Source: a virus (taxonomy: Duplodnaviria > Caudoviricetes). From it: a stretch of DNA of 50,421 nucleotides. The notes under the pieces are model-generated. The model saw nothing but the letters and a program-made list of their open reading frames with translations, did no database searches and was not told the origin of the DNA. Where the stretch lies: IMG/VR virus record IMGVR_UViG_3300046772_000037, positions 1 through 50,421 of that record. One strand, written 5' to 3'. Position numbers and translations under genes: made by a program. This document shows, piece by piece, positions 9,592 through 18,650 of this stretch (positions within the stretch are counted from its first letter, which is position 1; every line of letters starts with the position of its first letter).

Positions 9592-11394
9592 GTGCCAGTT
9601 TCAGTGGATATAGACGCTTCAGGCGAACACATAGTAATAAGTGCTGACTGGAGGCTAAAAGAACTCTGTAAGAGCCTTCCAGGGGCTTCCTGGAACGTTT
9701 CTGAGGGGGTCTGGAGAGTTCCGCTAAGTTGGACAACTTGCCTAGCCCTAAGGTCAACATTCAAAGACCAACTAGATATTCAGCCTAAACTCGCTGAGTG
9801 GGCTACAGACCACCTCAACACAAGAATCAACCCTGCACTGGCTTTACGAGAGTTAGATACCTATGAAGGTGACGAAGCCTTGTTCCCTCATCAGAGGGCT
9901 GGCGTAGCCTTCCTAAGCACCGCTAAGCGGGCTCTCTTGGCCGATGAGCCAGGTCTAGGAAAGACTGCTCAGGCAATCAGGGCGCTCAAAGCGCTTCACG
10001 ATAAGGGCGAAGATGTTTTTCCTATTCTCGTTGTATGTCCTAACACCTTAAAAAAGAACTGGGCTAGAGAGTTTCAAAAATGGTGGCCTGATTCAGTAGT
10101 CACACAAATCATCAAAGGAAGCGCAGCGCAACGTAAAAAACAATTTGAAGAACCAGCGCAAGTATTTATTATCAACTGGGAGTCGTTGCGTTCTCACTCA
10201 CGGCTACTTTCCTATGGTTCTATTGCTTTGACTAGATGTAAGGCTTGTGGCGGTCAAGATGAAAAAATTAGTGAAAGCCGTTGCGAAGTTCACCTAAGGG
10301 AACTCAACAATATAGATTTCAAGGCTGTTATTGCCGACGAGATTCACCGCTCTAAAGACCCTAAGAGCAAGCAGAGTAGAGCGTTATGGTCTGCTAGTGG
10401 GAACGCAGAGATTCGTTTTGCACTAACTGGAACTCCGATTGCTAATAACGTTGTTGATTTATGGGCAATCCTCCATTGGCTATCGCCAAAAGATTGGCCA
10501 TCAAAGACAAAGTGGATTGACCGAATGATTGATGTGATGCTCAATGCTTTTGGCGGAATGATGGTTCTTGGCGTAAAGCCAACAATGACAGATGAGTTCT
10601 ACAAGAGCGTAAATCCATACATGCGTCGTATGCTCAAGAAGGTAGTGCTTCCTCACCTCCCACCAGTAATGACAGAACGACGAGATGTTGAGATGTCTAC
10701 AAAACAAGCAAAGGCGTATGCGCAGATGCGTGACACTATGATTGCTGAACTTTCCTCTGGAGATATTCTTTCCGCACCAAGCATTCTTACTCAGACAATC
10801 CGTCTTTTACAGTTTGCGAGCGCAAGTGCGACACTAGAGGTAGATGAGATTACTGGTGAAACAAAGGCTATCTTAGACATGCCTTCTTGTAAGGTAGAAG
10901 CATTGATGGAAGATATTGAAAATGGAGACTTTGGTGATGATGCTGTTGCCGTCTCCGCGGTGTCCAAACAACTTATCAATCTTCTTAGCGCTGAGATGAC
11001 AAAGAAGAAAATACCACATGGTCTTATTACTGGCGACCAAGACGAAGATGAGCGCCAACAAGCCATTGATGATTTTCAGGCTGGAATCACTAAGTGGATT
11101 CTTTTTACGGCACAAGCAGGTGGAGTTGGAATTACCTTGACTACGGCTCGTCGTCTAGTTATGCTTCAGCGTCCTTGGTCATTAGTTGATTACAAGCAAG
11201 TATTAGACCGAGTTCACCGTATCGGAAGCGAGATTCACGACTCAATTGTTATCACAGACTATGTCACTGAAGGAACTATTGAAGAGCGTGTCATCCACGT
11301 TCTAGAGACAAAGGCTGATAACTTTGAACAGATTGTTCGTGATAAGGACCAACTGTTGCGACTACTACAAGACGATAAGAGCGGAAGACTATGA
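9592..11394 (+). CDS. SNF2-family (SF2) helicase/translocase
   Basis: Walker A LADEPGLGKT, DEIH, LTGTPIAN, AGGVGITLT, QVLDRVHRIG; GTG start with AAAGGA RBS. Confidence 0.92.
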   Translation: MPVSVDIDASGEHIVISADWRLKELCKSLPGASWNVSEGVWRVPLSWTTCLALRSTFKDQLDIQPKLAEWATDHLNTRINPALALRELDTYEGDEALFPHQRAGVAFLSTAKRALLADEPGLGKTAQAIRALKALHDKGEDVFPILVVCPNTLKKNWAREFQKWWPDSVVTQIIKGSAAQRKKQFEEPAQVFIINWESLRSHSRLLSYGSIALTRCKACGGQDEKISESRCEVHLRELNNIDFKAVIADEIHRSKDPKSKQSRALWSASGNAEIRFALTGTPIANNVVDLWAILHWLSPKDWPSKTKWIDRMIDVMLNAFGGMMVLGVKPTMTDEFYKSVNPYMRRMLKKVVLPHLPPVMTERRDVEMSTKQAKAYAQMRDTMIAELSSGDILSAPSILTQTIRLLQFASASATLEVDEITGETKAILDMPSCKVEALMEDIENGDFGDDAVAVSAVSKQLINLLSAEMTKKKIPHGLITGDQDEDERQQAIDDFQAGITKWILFTAQAGGVGITLTTARRLVMLQRPWSLVDYKQVLDRVHRIGSEIHDSIVITDYVTEGTIEERVIHVLETKADNFEQIVRDKDQLLRLLQDDKSGRL

Positions 11395-12332
11395 CAGAAA
11401 ATGACAAAGTAATTCGTATCTCTAACTCAGAGATACAAACTTTCAAAGATTGCCGCAGACGTTGGTGGCTCACCTACTATCGTGGCCTACAACCAAAGTT
11501 TCAAGAGTTTACAGGTGCGCTTGCGTTTGGTAGTCGCATTCACGCAGCGTTAGATACTCACTACTCACAGAACGTTCCTCTACTACAGGCACACGCTGAG
11601 TTGGTAGATGCTGACAAAAAAATCTTATTAGAAAACTTTGAAGATACCTCAAACCTAGAATCAGAGGCAGAGATGGGTCGCATCATGCTTGAGGGCTATG
11701 AGCAATGGGTATCTGAAGAGGGCATTGATGCTGAACTTGAAATGGTGTCAACAGAAGAAAAAATTGTTGTGCCAATGTTCAATGGAGAGGTAGAACTCCA
11801 AGGCAAGATTGATATGCGTGTAAGACGCAAGGCTGATGGAGTAAAACTCTTCCGTGACTTCAAAACTGTAGGTGGCTCTCTAGACGAGTTTGCTAGCACA
11901 GCAAACATGAACGAGCAGATTCTTACATATATGATTTTAGAAAAACTAAAAGAGGGTGAATCAGACCAACGCACAGAGGGTGGCATCTTTACTATGCTCA
12001 AGAAAGTAAAGAGGACAGCAGCATCAAAGCCTCCTTACTACAAGCAAATTGAAGTTCGTCATAATACTTTTGCGCTAAGAAATTTTTGGCTAAGAATTCA
12101 TGGTGTTCTTTCAGATATGATGAAAACAAGAACTGCTCTTGATGCTGGTGAGCCTCATCATTTTGTTGCCTATCCACGACCATCAACTCGTGACTGCAAA
12201 TGGAAATGCCAATTTTTCGCTATATGCCCTATGTTTGATAACGGTGAAGCCGTTGAAGAGGTAATTAGCGATTTGTATAAGGAAGCAGACCCTTATGCAT
12301 ACTATGAAACAGAGAAAAAAGGAAGCGAGTGA
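11391..12332 (+). CDS. PD-(D/E)XK exonuclease, Cas4/AddB-like with 4 Cys
   Basis: ISNSEIQTFKDCRRRW; GSRIHAALD; LQGKID...DFKT; C-terminal CKWKCQFFAIC. Confidence 0.88.
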   Translation: MTENDKVIRISNSEIQTFKDCRRRWWLTYYRGLQPKFQEFTGALAFGSRIHAALDTHYSQNVPLLQAHAELVDADKKILLENFEDTSNLESEAEMGRIMLEGYEQWVSEEGIDAELEMVSTEEKIVVPMFNGEVELQGKIDMRVRRKADGVKLFRDFKTVGGSLDEFASTANMNEQILTYMILEKLKEGESDQRTEGGIFTMLKKVKRTAASKPPYYKQIEVRHNTFALRNFWLRIHGVLSDMMKTRTALDAGEPHHFVAYPRPSTRDCKWKCQFFAICPMFDNGEAVEEVISDLYKEADPYAYYETEKKGSE

Positions 12333-13099
12333 CAATGAGCCAAATACAACGCTCACTTACAGTCATGGTGTATGGAGAGAGTAAAGTTGGTAAATCCAGT
12401 TTTGCTGTCACTGCGCCATATCCTCGCCTAATGCTTGACGTTGAAGGCGGACACCGTTTCTTGCCTATCATTGTTAAGTATTGGGACCCGTTGCGTGAGG
12501 AGCCACCTTTGGCTGACGGGACTTGGGATACATGCGTAGTCACAGTTCGTGATTACGATACTGTTCTCAAGACATATCAGTGGTTGCAGTTAGGTAAGCA
12601 CCACTTCAAGAGTCTCATCATTGACTCTGTATCAGAACTCCAAGTTAAATGCTTGGAAAACATTGCTGGTGTAAATCAGATGACACAACAGCAATGGGGA
12701 GAATTGTTGCGCCACATGGGTGCGCTTTTGCGTGACCTTCGTGACCTAACAATGCACGCTACAAATCCGTTAGAAGCAGTGGTTCTTACTGCTATGGCTA
12801 AGCAGGACCGTGACGGAAGATACCGTCCATACCTACAAGGTCAATTAGCAATTCAAGCACCATACTTCTACGACATCCTGGGTGCTCTTACCGTTGAGGA
12901 AAGAATGAACCCAGACCCAACCCAGCCAAATCTTAAGACTCGCCGCATGTATGTGGAGAGGACTAACAACTATGAGGCTGGAGAACGAGTTCAAGGACGA
13001 CTAGGCAAAGTCATTGAGCAAGAAACCCTTCACTTGGAAAAGATGCTTGACCAAGTGTTTGGACCAAGACAAACTACTGAAACGAAAGCGAGCGAATAG
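12329..13099 (+). CDS. Sak4-like / AAA_24 ATPase (single-strand annealing recombinase)
   Basis: YGESKVGKS Walker A, LDVEGG, LIIDSVSE Walker B; lies between exonuclease and SSB as Sak4 genes typically do. Confidence 0.82.
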   Translation: MTMSQIQRSLTVMVYGESKVGKSSFAVTAPYPRLMLDVEGGHRFLPIIVKYWDPLREEPPLADGTWDTCVVTVRDYDTVLKTYQWLQLGKHHFKSLIIDSVSELQVKCLENIAGVNQMTQQQWGELLRHMGALLRDLRDLTMHATNPLEAVVLTAMAKQDRDGRYRPYLQGQLAIQAPYFYDILGALTVEERMNPDPTQPNLKTRRMYVERTNNYEAGERVQGRLGKVIEQETLHLEKMLDQVFGPRQTTETKASE

Positions 13100-13626
13100 T
13101 GTCAACACTCAATTGGGGAGACCTAATCAAAGATGCTGGTGAAATCAGCAGCAGTTACGAGCCACTACCAGATGGCGAATATGACCTAACTGTTATTGAA
13201 GCAACAGCAAAAGTCACAGCAACTGGAAAGACAATGTTCTCAATCAAGACTCAGGTTGAAGGCGGAGCCTACAACAAGCGTTTTGTTTGGGATAACCTAA
13301 CTGTATCTCCAGAAAACAAGAATGCTCTTTCAATCTTCTTTGGAAAGATGCACGCTATGGGAATTACCCAGCAGTTCTTTACAACTGTTCCTGCCCCAAC
13401 TAATGCTCAGATTGAAAGTGTATTAGTTGGTCGTAAGTTCCGTGGAACTGTCGGTAGCCGTGTTTATAACGGCAACAAGCGTAATGAAATTCGTCGCTAC
13501 GCTGCTCTAGCAGCACCTGCGGCGTCTACAACTACAGCAGCACCTGCTGCTGCTGCTCCAGCACCTGCTCCAGCACCAGCACCGGCCCCTGCGCCAGTTG
13601 CTTCTGCTCCAGCAGCACCGTTCTAA
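13099..13626 (+). CDS. Single-stranded DNA-binding protein (DUF669-like)
   Basis: YEPLPDGEYDLTVIEA OB-fold start; Ala/Pro linker ending in PF like SSB tails; follows Sak4-like gene. Confidence 0.78.
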   Translation: MSTLNWGDLIKDAGEISSSYEPLPDGEYDLTVIEATAKVTATGKTMFSIKTQVEGGAYNKRFVWDNLTVSPENKNALSIFFGKMHAMGITQQFFTTVPAPTNAQIESVLVGRKFRGTVGSRVYNGNKRNEIRRYAALAAPAASTTTAAPAAAAPAPAPAPAPAPAPVASAPAAPF

Positions 13627-13646
13627 TCTAAGTTAGAAAAAGTTAA

Positions 13647-13672
13647 GGTTGCCGCTCGCAAGGGCGGCAACC
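13647..13672 (+). terminator. GC-rich hairpin after ssb (terminator or mRNA-stabilising stem)
   Basis: GGTTGCCGCTC-GCAA-GGGCGGCAACC: 11-bp stem with one G.U pair and a GNRA loop; no U tract on +. Confidence 0.7.
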
Positions 13673-13692
13673 AAAAACTAATAAGGAGAAAT

Positions 13693-14118
13693 ATGTCAGA
13701 GTTAAATATGGATTGGGTAAAAGAACAACTTACCCAAAATAAAACAAGAAAAATGACTGGGGACGCTGTCCTTGAATTGCTTGCTGCTTGGAAAAATGTA
13801 AAGAAACCTCCTAAGAGCGATATTTCAAAGGAAGTAGTTGAACTATTTTCTAAGTTGGCTTTAGGCCATGCTTTAGTGAAAGAAGATAAAAACGAGAACT
13901 GGCTTGCTGTTCAGGCTGGAGCAATCAAGGTAACTGACGTAGTCAGGGTAAAGTTTGATGCTTTTGATGAGGCAAGTGGCAAATACTCTCTCAACGGGCG
14001 CCGAGGAAAAGTAGTTGGAGTTCGCTCAGGGGATATTATTATGAAAAGTGATGACGGAAAGACTCCTCTTCTAGATGGTATCCACTTCCGACCAGAAAAC
14101 TTAGAAAAGTTAGTATGA
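13693..14118 (+). CDS. Hypothetical protein with a C-terminal KOW/SH3-like segment
   Basis: RBS TAAGGAG; IKVTDVVRV...NGRRGKVVGV. Confidence 0.7.
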   Translation: MSELNMDWVKEQLTQNKTRKMTGDAVLELLAAWKNVKKPPKSDISKEVVELFSKLALGHALVKEDKNENWLAVQAGAIKVTDVVRVKFDAFDEASGKYSLNGRRGKVVGVRSGDIIMKSDDGKTPLLDGIHFRPENLEKLV

Positions 14119-14327
14119 ACACTACAACCATGAAGTTCTCCGTAATGGGCGAAAACCACAAAGAAATAGTTTCAAAGACTGAAAAAGAACTTTCAAAATA
14201 TCTTGACATAGAAGAAGATATTAGTAAGAAAGTAAATTATGAAATTATTATTGAAAAAGATATTGACGAGCAGAGGTCTTCTCTCTACACTGCTCAGGTA
14301 ATAGTGAAGGTGAGAAATGGATACTAA
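14115..14327 (+). CDS. Hypothetical protein
   Basis: 70 aa, ATGA overlap with previous gene. Confidence 0.6.
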   Translation: MNTTTMKFSVMGENHKEIVSKTEKELSKYLDIEEDISKKVNYEIIIEKDIDEQRSSLYTAQVIVKVRNGY

Positions 14328-14640
14328 CGAAACACCGCAGACGCAAGAAACCCCTATTCGTGTTGAAGCCTTGCGGGAAGCAGCAAAAATTATTTCTGGC
14401 GATAGAAATAAACAATATGGTGCTCCTGAAGATAACTTTGAAAGAACAGCACAGATTTGGTCTGTAATCCTTGGAGTCCCTATCAGTAATGAAGATGTTG
14501 CAATGATGATGGTTGGTCTCAAGGTTGCTCGTTATGCTTCAAAGTCTGGCTACCAGCCAGATACATGGGTAGACATTGCTGGTTATGCCGGCTGCGGTTA
14601 TGAAGTTGGTTATCTGGAGAATCAAAAAACCCAACAATAA
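14317..14640 (+). CDS. DUF6378-like conserved phage protein
   Basis: AAKIISGDRNKQYGAPEDNFERTAQIWS...DVAMMMVGLKVAR...DTWVDIAGYAGC. Confidence 0.8.
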   Translation: MDTNETPQTQETPIRVEALREAAKIISGDRNKQYGAPEDNFERTAQIWSVILGVPISNEDVAMMMVGLKVARYASKSGYQPDTWVDIAGYAGCGYEVGYLENQKTQQ

Positions 14641-14666
14641 CTAAAAATGTTCAGGAAGAGGAAGAT

Positions 14667-14951
14667 ATGGCTAATGAGCCATGGAGTTTTGAAAATCCAC
14701 TGTGTTCACAGATTGGTGTAGAAACATTTTTTGAAGATTCTGAAAAAGTAAGTAAAAAAGAGACATCAAGGGAAGACTATAAATCAGCAATAAAAGTATG
14801 CTCGCTCTGTGAGCATCTTGCTGAGTGTGCTGAGTGGGCAATAAAGCACGAATTATTCGGTATCTGGGGAGGCACTACTCCTCAGCAAAGAAGAGTTATA
14901 AGGCGTCAAAGAAACATCATTATTGACGGCGAATTAAAGACTCTAGGATAA
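14667..14951 (+). CDS. whiB: WhiB-family Fe-S transcription factor
   Basis: C...C-x2-C-x5-C plus GIWGG motif and basic C-terminus. Confidence 0.92.
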   Translation: MANEPWSFENPLCSQIGVETFFEDSEKVSKKETSREDYKSAIKVCSLCEHLAECAEWAIKHELFGIWGGTTPQQRRVIRRQRNIIIDGELKTLG

Positions 14952-14961
14952 GTATTAGGAC

Positions 14962-14973
14962 TAAAATTGTCCT
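14962..14973 (+). promoter_or_regulatory. Candidate -10 (TAAAAT) for a leaderless transcript
   Basis: TAAAAT at 14962-14967, 6 nt before ATG 14974. Confidence 0.4.
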
Positions 14974-15273
14974 ATGGCAGCCGAACATGTATTGCGACCA
15001 CTAGCACTTTGTGAGCAGTGCTGGCTTGAGAACCATACAAACTGGGAACCCCAGAGTATGGACGAAGTCGGTAATATCACGATGAAGTTAGTTGGTGTGG
15101 ACACCCCAGAACACATAACCCTTGGGTGTGTTGACGTTTGCTGTATGTGCGGTCAAATAACTATTGCTGGTATATATGAAATGCTAAACCCAAATGAAGT
15201 ATATTTTTTAGGGGAAGACAGCGATTCTTTCAACAAATTTGAATTTGATTTTAGTATGCTTGACGAAGAATAA
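14974..15273 (+). CDS. Cys-rich hypothetical protein (CxxC ... CCxC, putative Zn binding)
   Basis: CEQC and VCCMCG; acidic tail. Confidence 0.65.
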   Translation: MAAEHVLRPLALCEQCWLENHTNWEPQSMDEVGNITMKLVGVDTPEHITLGCVDVCCMCGQITIAGIYEMLNPNEVYFLGEDSDSFNKFEFDFSMLDEE

Positions 15274-15290
15274 GTAGTTAGGTAGAAAAG

Positions 15291-15626
15291 ATGAAAGACA
15301 AAAGACCTGGGGAAAGCCTTTGGATGGAATGGGATGGCTACGAATATAACCCCACCAAAACAGACCCTGTTATCTATTATACTTTTGAATCAGTTGACAC
15401 TACTAATGAATTAGTTCGTAGAGCCCTTGCCTCAGCGCTTCAACGTGATGGAGTGGCTTTTTCTTTAGGTCATGGATATAAGTTGTTAGAAGATTCTATA
15501 GTTGAATATACGCACTGCGGTCTTCTTGAAGGCGAACATCTCTATATTGTTTGTAGTCCAGATGGCGAGACTCGTTATGGTGATTTTGTCGCAGAACCTC
15601 TAGAAATTACTTTGATAGAAATATAG
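15291..15626 (+). CDS. Hypothetical protein
   Basis: 111-aa ORF in operon orientation. Confidence 0.65.
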   Translation: MKDKRPGESLWMEWDGYEYNPTKTDPVIYYTFESVDTTNELVRRALASALQRDGVAFSLGHGYKLLEDSIVEYTHCGLLEGEHLYIVCSPDGETRYGDFVAEPLEITLIEI

Positions 15627-15668
15627 ATTGATAGGCGTGTTGAAGCATACTTTTATACTTGAATAGTG

Positions 15669-15681
15669 TAGATTAACACAT
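15669..15681 (+). promoter_or_regulatory. Candidate -10 (TAGATT) for a leaderless whiB2 transcript
   Basis: TAGATT at 15669-15674, 7 nt before GTG 15682; no Shine-Dalgarno. Confidence 0.4.
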
Positions 15682-16257
15682 GTGTGGAAACCAGCGGACA
15701 GCCTAAATTGGCAATCAGAAGCACTATGTGCTAAACCAGCAAATCGTGAAACAATAGACTGGTTTTTCTCTTCCGAGTTTGAACAAAAATATGCGGCAAA
15801 GAACCTTTGCTTTCAATGCCCTGTCCGTAAAACTTGCCTACAGTGGGCCTTAGAACATCGTCAAATATGGGGTGTATGGGGCGGTAGAGATGAAGTAGAT
15901 ATTCGCAGAGCGCTATCCGTTTCATATTTAGGAGAAGAGACACGCAGACGTCGCTATCCAAATTGTCCTTACTGCACAGCAAGACCTAACAAACTAGAAA
16001 CAGCAATAGTTCAACTTGATAGTTCTGGTCGTTGGAATACAGCAAAAGTTGTTACATGTTCAGAGTGCGGTTTTGCTTGGAAGAGTAGAACAAGTGCTAA
16101 TGCTGTTGAAGCATATAAAGTTGACCGCGCTGAGCGCATGGAGCGTCAACGTAGAGACAGAGAAAAGCAGAAGAAGGCTAGAGAAAAAGAAAAAGCAAGA
16201 CTAAGAAAAAACGTTAAGCGTTCTTCCTTAGCCAAACCTGACTCCCTATCTCAATAA
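15682..16257 (+). CDS. whiB: WhiB-family regulator fused to a Zn ribbon and basic coiled tail
   Basis: WQSEALC...CFQCPVRKTC...GVWGG; then CPYC...CSEC; K/R/E-rich C-terminus. Confidence 0.88.
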   Translation: MWKPADSLNWQSEALCAKPANRETIDWFFSSEFEQKYAAKNLCFQCPVRKTCLQWALEHRQIWGVWGGRDEVDIRRALSVSYLGEETRRRRYPNCPYCTARPNKLETAIVQLDSSGRWNTAKVVTCSECGFAWKSRTSANAVEAYKVDRAERMERQRRDREKQKKAREKEKARLRKNVKRSSLAKPDSLSQ

Positions 16258-16798
16258 CAGATATATTTTTATTGTGGAATAGAAGAAAAGCGTCTATTGC
16301 TGGCTTAGGGTCTCTCATTATGTCCCCTGTCCCCTCACTCCATGTGTAATCATCAAAGGCTAAGACACCGCCAGGCTTTAGATAGTTGAAAGCATTAAGT
16401 CCGTCTTTCAAGACAGCCATAGCAGTATGGTCGCCATCAATATAGATAAAATCAAACATATTGTTATTTGTTGAAAAAAATTTGTCGCTAGTAGTTTTTA
16501 CTTTTACTAAACGTCCATCTTCCACAAGTTGTTCTGTTCTTGAATCATAAACTGTCTCAACATCATCCCAATCTAGTTTTTTATGGATAACTTCGTCAGA
16601 ACCTTCCCAGGTATCTACATCTGTTAGTGTTGATTTCCCCTCAGTCAATATGTTTTGAAAAAGCCACTCGGTGGCATCTCCTGTGTAGGCTCCAATTTGT
16701 AAAAAGTCTACTTGTCTATCTTTGAATTGACCTAGATACTTTGAAAAAGGAACTTGTGCGGTCATTGCAAACCAATTTGGGTAATTATTCTTTGTCAT
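16214..16798 (-). CDS. Class I SAM-dependent methyltransferase (Methyltransf_24-like, probable sugar O-methyltransferase)
   Basis: FLQIGAYTGDAT, VDTW, FDFIYIDGDH, LKPGGVLAFDDY. Confidence 0.88.
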   Translation of the reverse strand: MTKNNYPNWFAMTAQVPFSKYLGQFKDRQVDFLQIGAYTGDATEWLFQNILTEGKSTLTDVDTWEGSDEVIHKKLDWDDVETVYDSRTEQLVEDGRLVKVKTTSDKFFSTNNNMFDFIYIDGDHTAMAVLKDGLNAFNYLKPGGVLAFDDYTWSEGTGDIMRDPKPAIDAFLLFHNKNISVIEIGSQVWLRKNA

Positions 16799-17858
16799 TT
16801 AACTTGTCCTCACAAAATTTTAGATTGAGCATAAGTCTTTCTTTTTCTTCTTCTGGACCTAAATCCAATGCGTTTTTAGCATGCATTACTGCTTCTTCAT
16901 ACTTACCTAAGTTATATGAAGCAATTGATGCCATGTCATGCGGGATATATCCCCAGGCTTCTGCTTCATTTAGATAAGACATATCTCTTTCTTTTATGGA
17001 CAATGCTCTATTCGCAGCGTCATAGCAGTCTTGCCAACGGCTCTGGCGGTAATAAAGTTTAGATAAATCAACTGATGACTCTCTACGTCTAGGGTCTTCT
17101 TCATGAGCAAGAGTGAGCCAAATTTCTGCCTCTACAGGATGAAGTTTTGATAGATAGCGATATGAGGCTGCTCTTTCTGCCCTCCATGTGGCGGTAGGAA
17201 GAGATAGATGCCGTCTAAACTCTACAGAAGCCTCTGCAAATTTGTTGTAGAAGAAAAGTTCTCTGGCATAGTAAAAAGCATTTCTATCGTCACTTGGGTC
17301 TTCTTCAGTAGATTGTTTGAGAAGAGGAAGATATTGAGAACGAGACTTTGAGTTGTCGGCGTGATGTTCCATCACTGCTTCAGTCCAATATGGAACCTCC
17401 ACCATGCGGTCTGGGGTAAGCACTTCATGGACTGGGTGTTTCCACCTATAACCATGTCTCTTGTGAATCTTGTCCCCGCCGAAGGTAAGACCTGGAGTTC
17501 CATCAGAATTCCAATTCCAAATGTATTTATATCGTGGTCTAGTTGCTCCAGCATCAAATGCTTTTTGTAATTCAGCACGCCACCCTGGAAGCATAATTTC
17601 ATCCATATCTAACGGTATGCAGTAGTCCATATCAGCAGGAACTAACGCAAGGGATGCATTTCTTCCAGTATCAAATCTCCAAGGCTTTACGCATATCTCA
17701 GCAGTGTTTATGCCTAGTGATTTTGCTACCTCAACTGTTTTATCGGTTGAGCCTGTATCAACGATTAGAAGATAGTCTGCTTCGTCTTTAACTGAGTTAT
17801 ACCAACGCTCAACAAACTGTTCTTCATTCAAGGCTATTGTGTATACGCATACTTTCAT
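16785..17858 (-). CDS. GT2 glycosyltransferase with C-terminal TPR repeats
   Basis: VYTIALNEE, IVDTGSTDKT, LDMDE (DxD), PVHE; TPR-like helices FYYARELFF, LSKLYYRQ, ASYNLGKYEEA. Confidence 0.92.
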   Translation of the reverse strand: MKVCVYTIALNEEQFVERWYNSVKDEADYLLIVDTGSTDKTVEVAKSLGINTAEICVKPWRFDTGRNASLALVPADMDYCIPLDMDEIMLPGWRAELQKAFDAGATRPRYKYIWNWNSDGTPGLTFGGDKIHKRHGYRWKHPVHEVLTPDRMVEVPYWTEAVMEHHADNSKSRSQYLPLLKQSTEEDPSDDRNAFYYARELFFYNKFAEASVEFRRHLSLPTATWRAERAASYRYLSKLHPVEAEIWLTLAHEEDPRRRESSVDLSKLYYRQSRWQDCYDAANRALSIKERDMSYLNEAEAWGYIPHDMASIASYNLGKYEEAVMHAKNALDLGPEEEKERLMLNLKFCEDKLNDKE

Positions 17859-17883
17859 ACTTCCATCCTACACCAGACAAAGC

Positions 17884-17911
17884 AAAAACCCCCCCGCAAC
17901 GCGGAGGGGTT
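17884..17911 (-). terminator. Rho-independent terminator after the minus-strand fibre genes
   Basis: Minus strand reads AACCCCTCCGC-GTT-GCGGGGGGGTT followed by TTTGCTTTG. Confidence 0.8.
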
Positions 17912-17928
17912 AATTGCTTTAGAGCGAA

Positions 17929-18315
17929 CTAGGCAACGTTTAGAAAGCGTGCTACACCGTAGATTGTGGTTCCACCATCACGGCTGTAGAACTCAAGAAC
18001 AGACTTTCCTGAGGTAGCAAGAGATGGAGCAGAGCCACCATCCCAAGTAACTCCAGTAAAGGTAACTGTATTTGCTCCACGACCAGCAACTTCAACCCAC
18101 CAAGTATTTGCGTAGTTTGAAGGGACATTTGTGAACGCAACAGTTGATGCACCTGTTTGACCGCTTAATACAGTTACTGGGTAATCAATTACGCTGATTG
18201 ATACAGCGCCAGCCGCAGCAGCCCCAGACAAAGTCTGTAGGCGTGCTGTTACTCCCTGAGTAATGTAAGCGTCTTGAGATGCGGTTAGCACCTGTGGTGA
18301 CATTGTAATTGGCAT
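17929..18315 (-). CDS. Small virion fibre/adaptor protein
   Basis: C-terminal VTWDGGSAPSLATSGKSVLEFYSRDGGTTIYG resembles a common phage fibre C-terminal domain. Confidence 0.65.
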   Translation of the reverse strand: MPITMSPQVLTASQDAYITQGVTARLQTLSGAAAAGAVSISVIDYPVTVLSGQTGASTVAFTNVPSNYANTWWVEVAGRGANTVTFTGVTWDGGSAPSLATSGKSVLEFYSRDGGTTIYGVARFLNVA

Positions 18316-18317
18316 TA

Positions 18318-18626
18318 TTATTCCTCCGCAGGTGTTTCGTCAGCAGACTTCTTCTTTGAAGAAGCCTTTGGTGCTGCTACTGGTTCTGGAGCAGATGGTT
18401 CAAATACAAGAACATCTCCAGTTAGTAGTGATTTCATGTTATCTGGTACTGGTGGAGCAAACTTCTTAGTGACTCGGTCATATGTTGAGCCAACTGAAGG
18501 AGCAGGGTCCATTTCAGTAATATCAAAGACGATAAAAGCATCCGCTGCTGGACCGATTTTGCTAGCATCCTCGGCAACAACAATATTGGCTACTCTTCCG
18601 CCTCCAACGAGTGCAAACTTTTTCAT
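18318..18626 (-). CDS. Putative fibre assembly/chaperone protein
   Basis: FALV..GRVANIVVA...PSVGSTYD...FAPP pattern typical of small genes that follow Gly-rich adhesins; GGAGAG RBS. Confidence 0.6.
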   Translation of the reverse strand: MKKFALVGGGRVANIVVAEDASKIGPAADAFIVFDITEMDPAPSVGSTYDRVTKKFAPPVPDNMKSLLTGDVLVFEPSAPEPVAAPKASSKKKSADETPAEE

Positions 18627-18650
18627 AGTTTTATGCTCTCCTTTTTCCTA

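Noticed and set aside
11391-12332. Cas4-like gene as evidence of a CRISPR system
   Set aside because: No repeat-spacer array or other cas genes seen; stand-alone Cas4-like nucleases are common in phage replication modules
16214-17858. GT/MTase pair as a DNA hypermodification system
   Set aside because: The MTase lacks DNA-MTase catalytic motifs (DPPY/NPPY/PC), TPR-fused GT2s typically act on proteins, and no base-hydroxymethylase is nearby; not fully excluded
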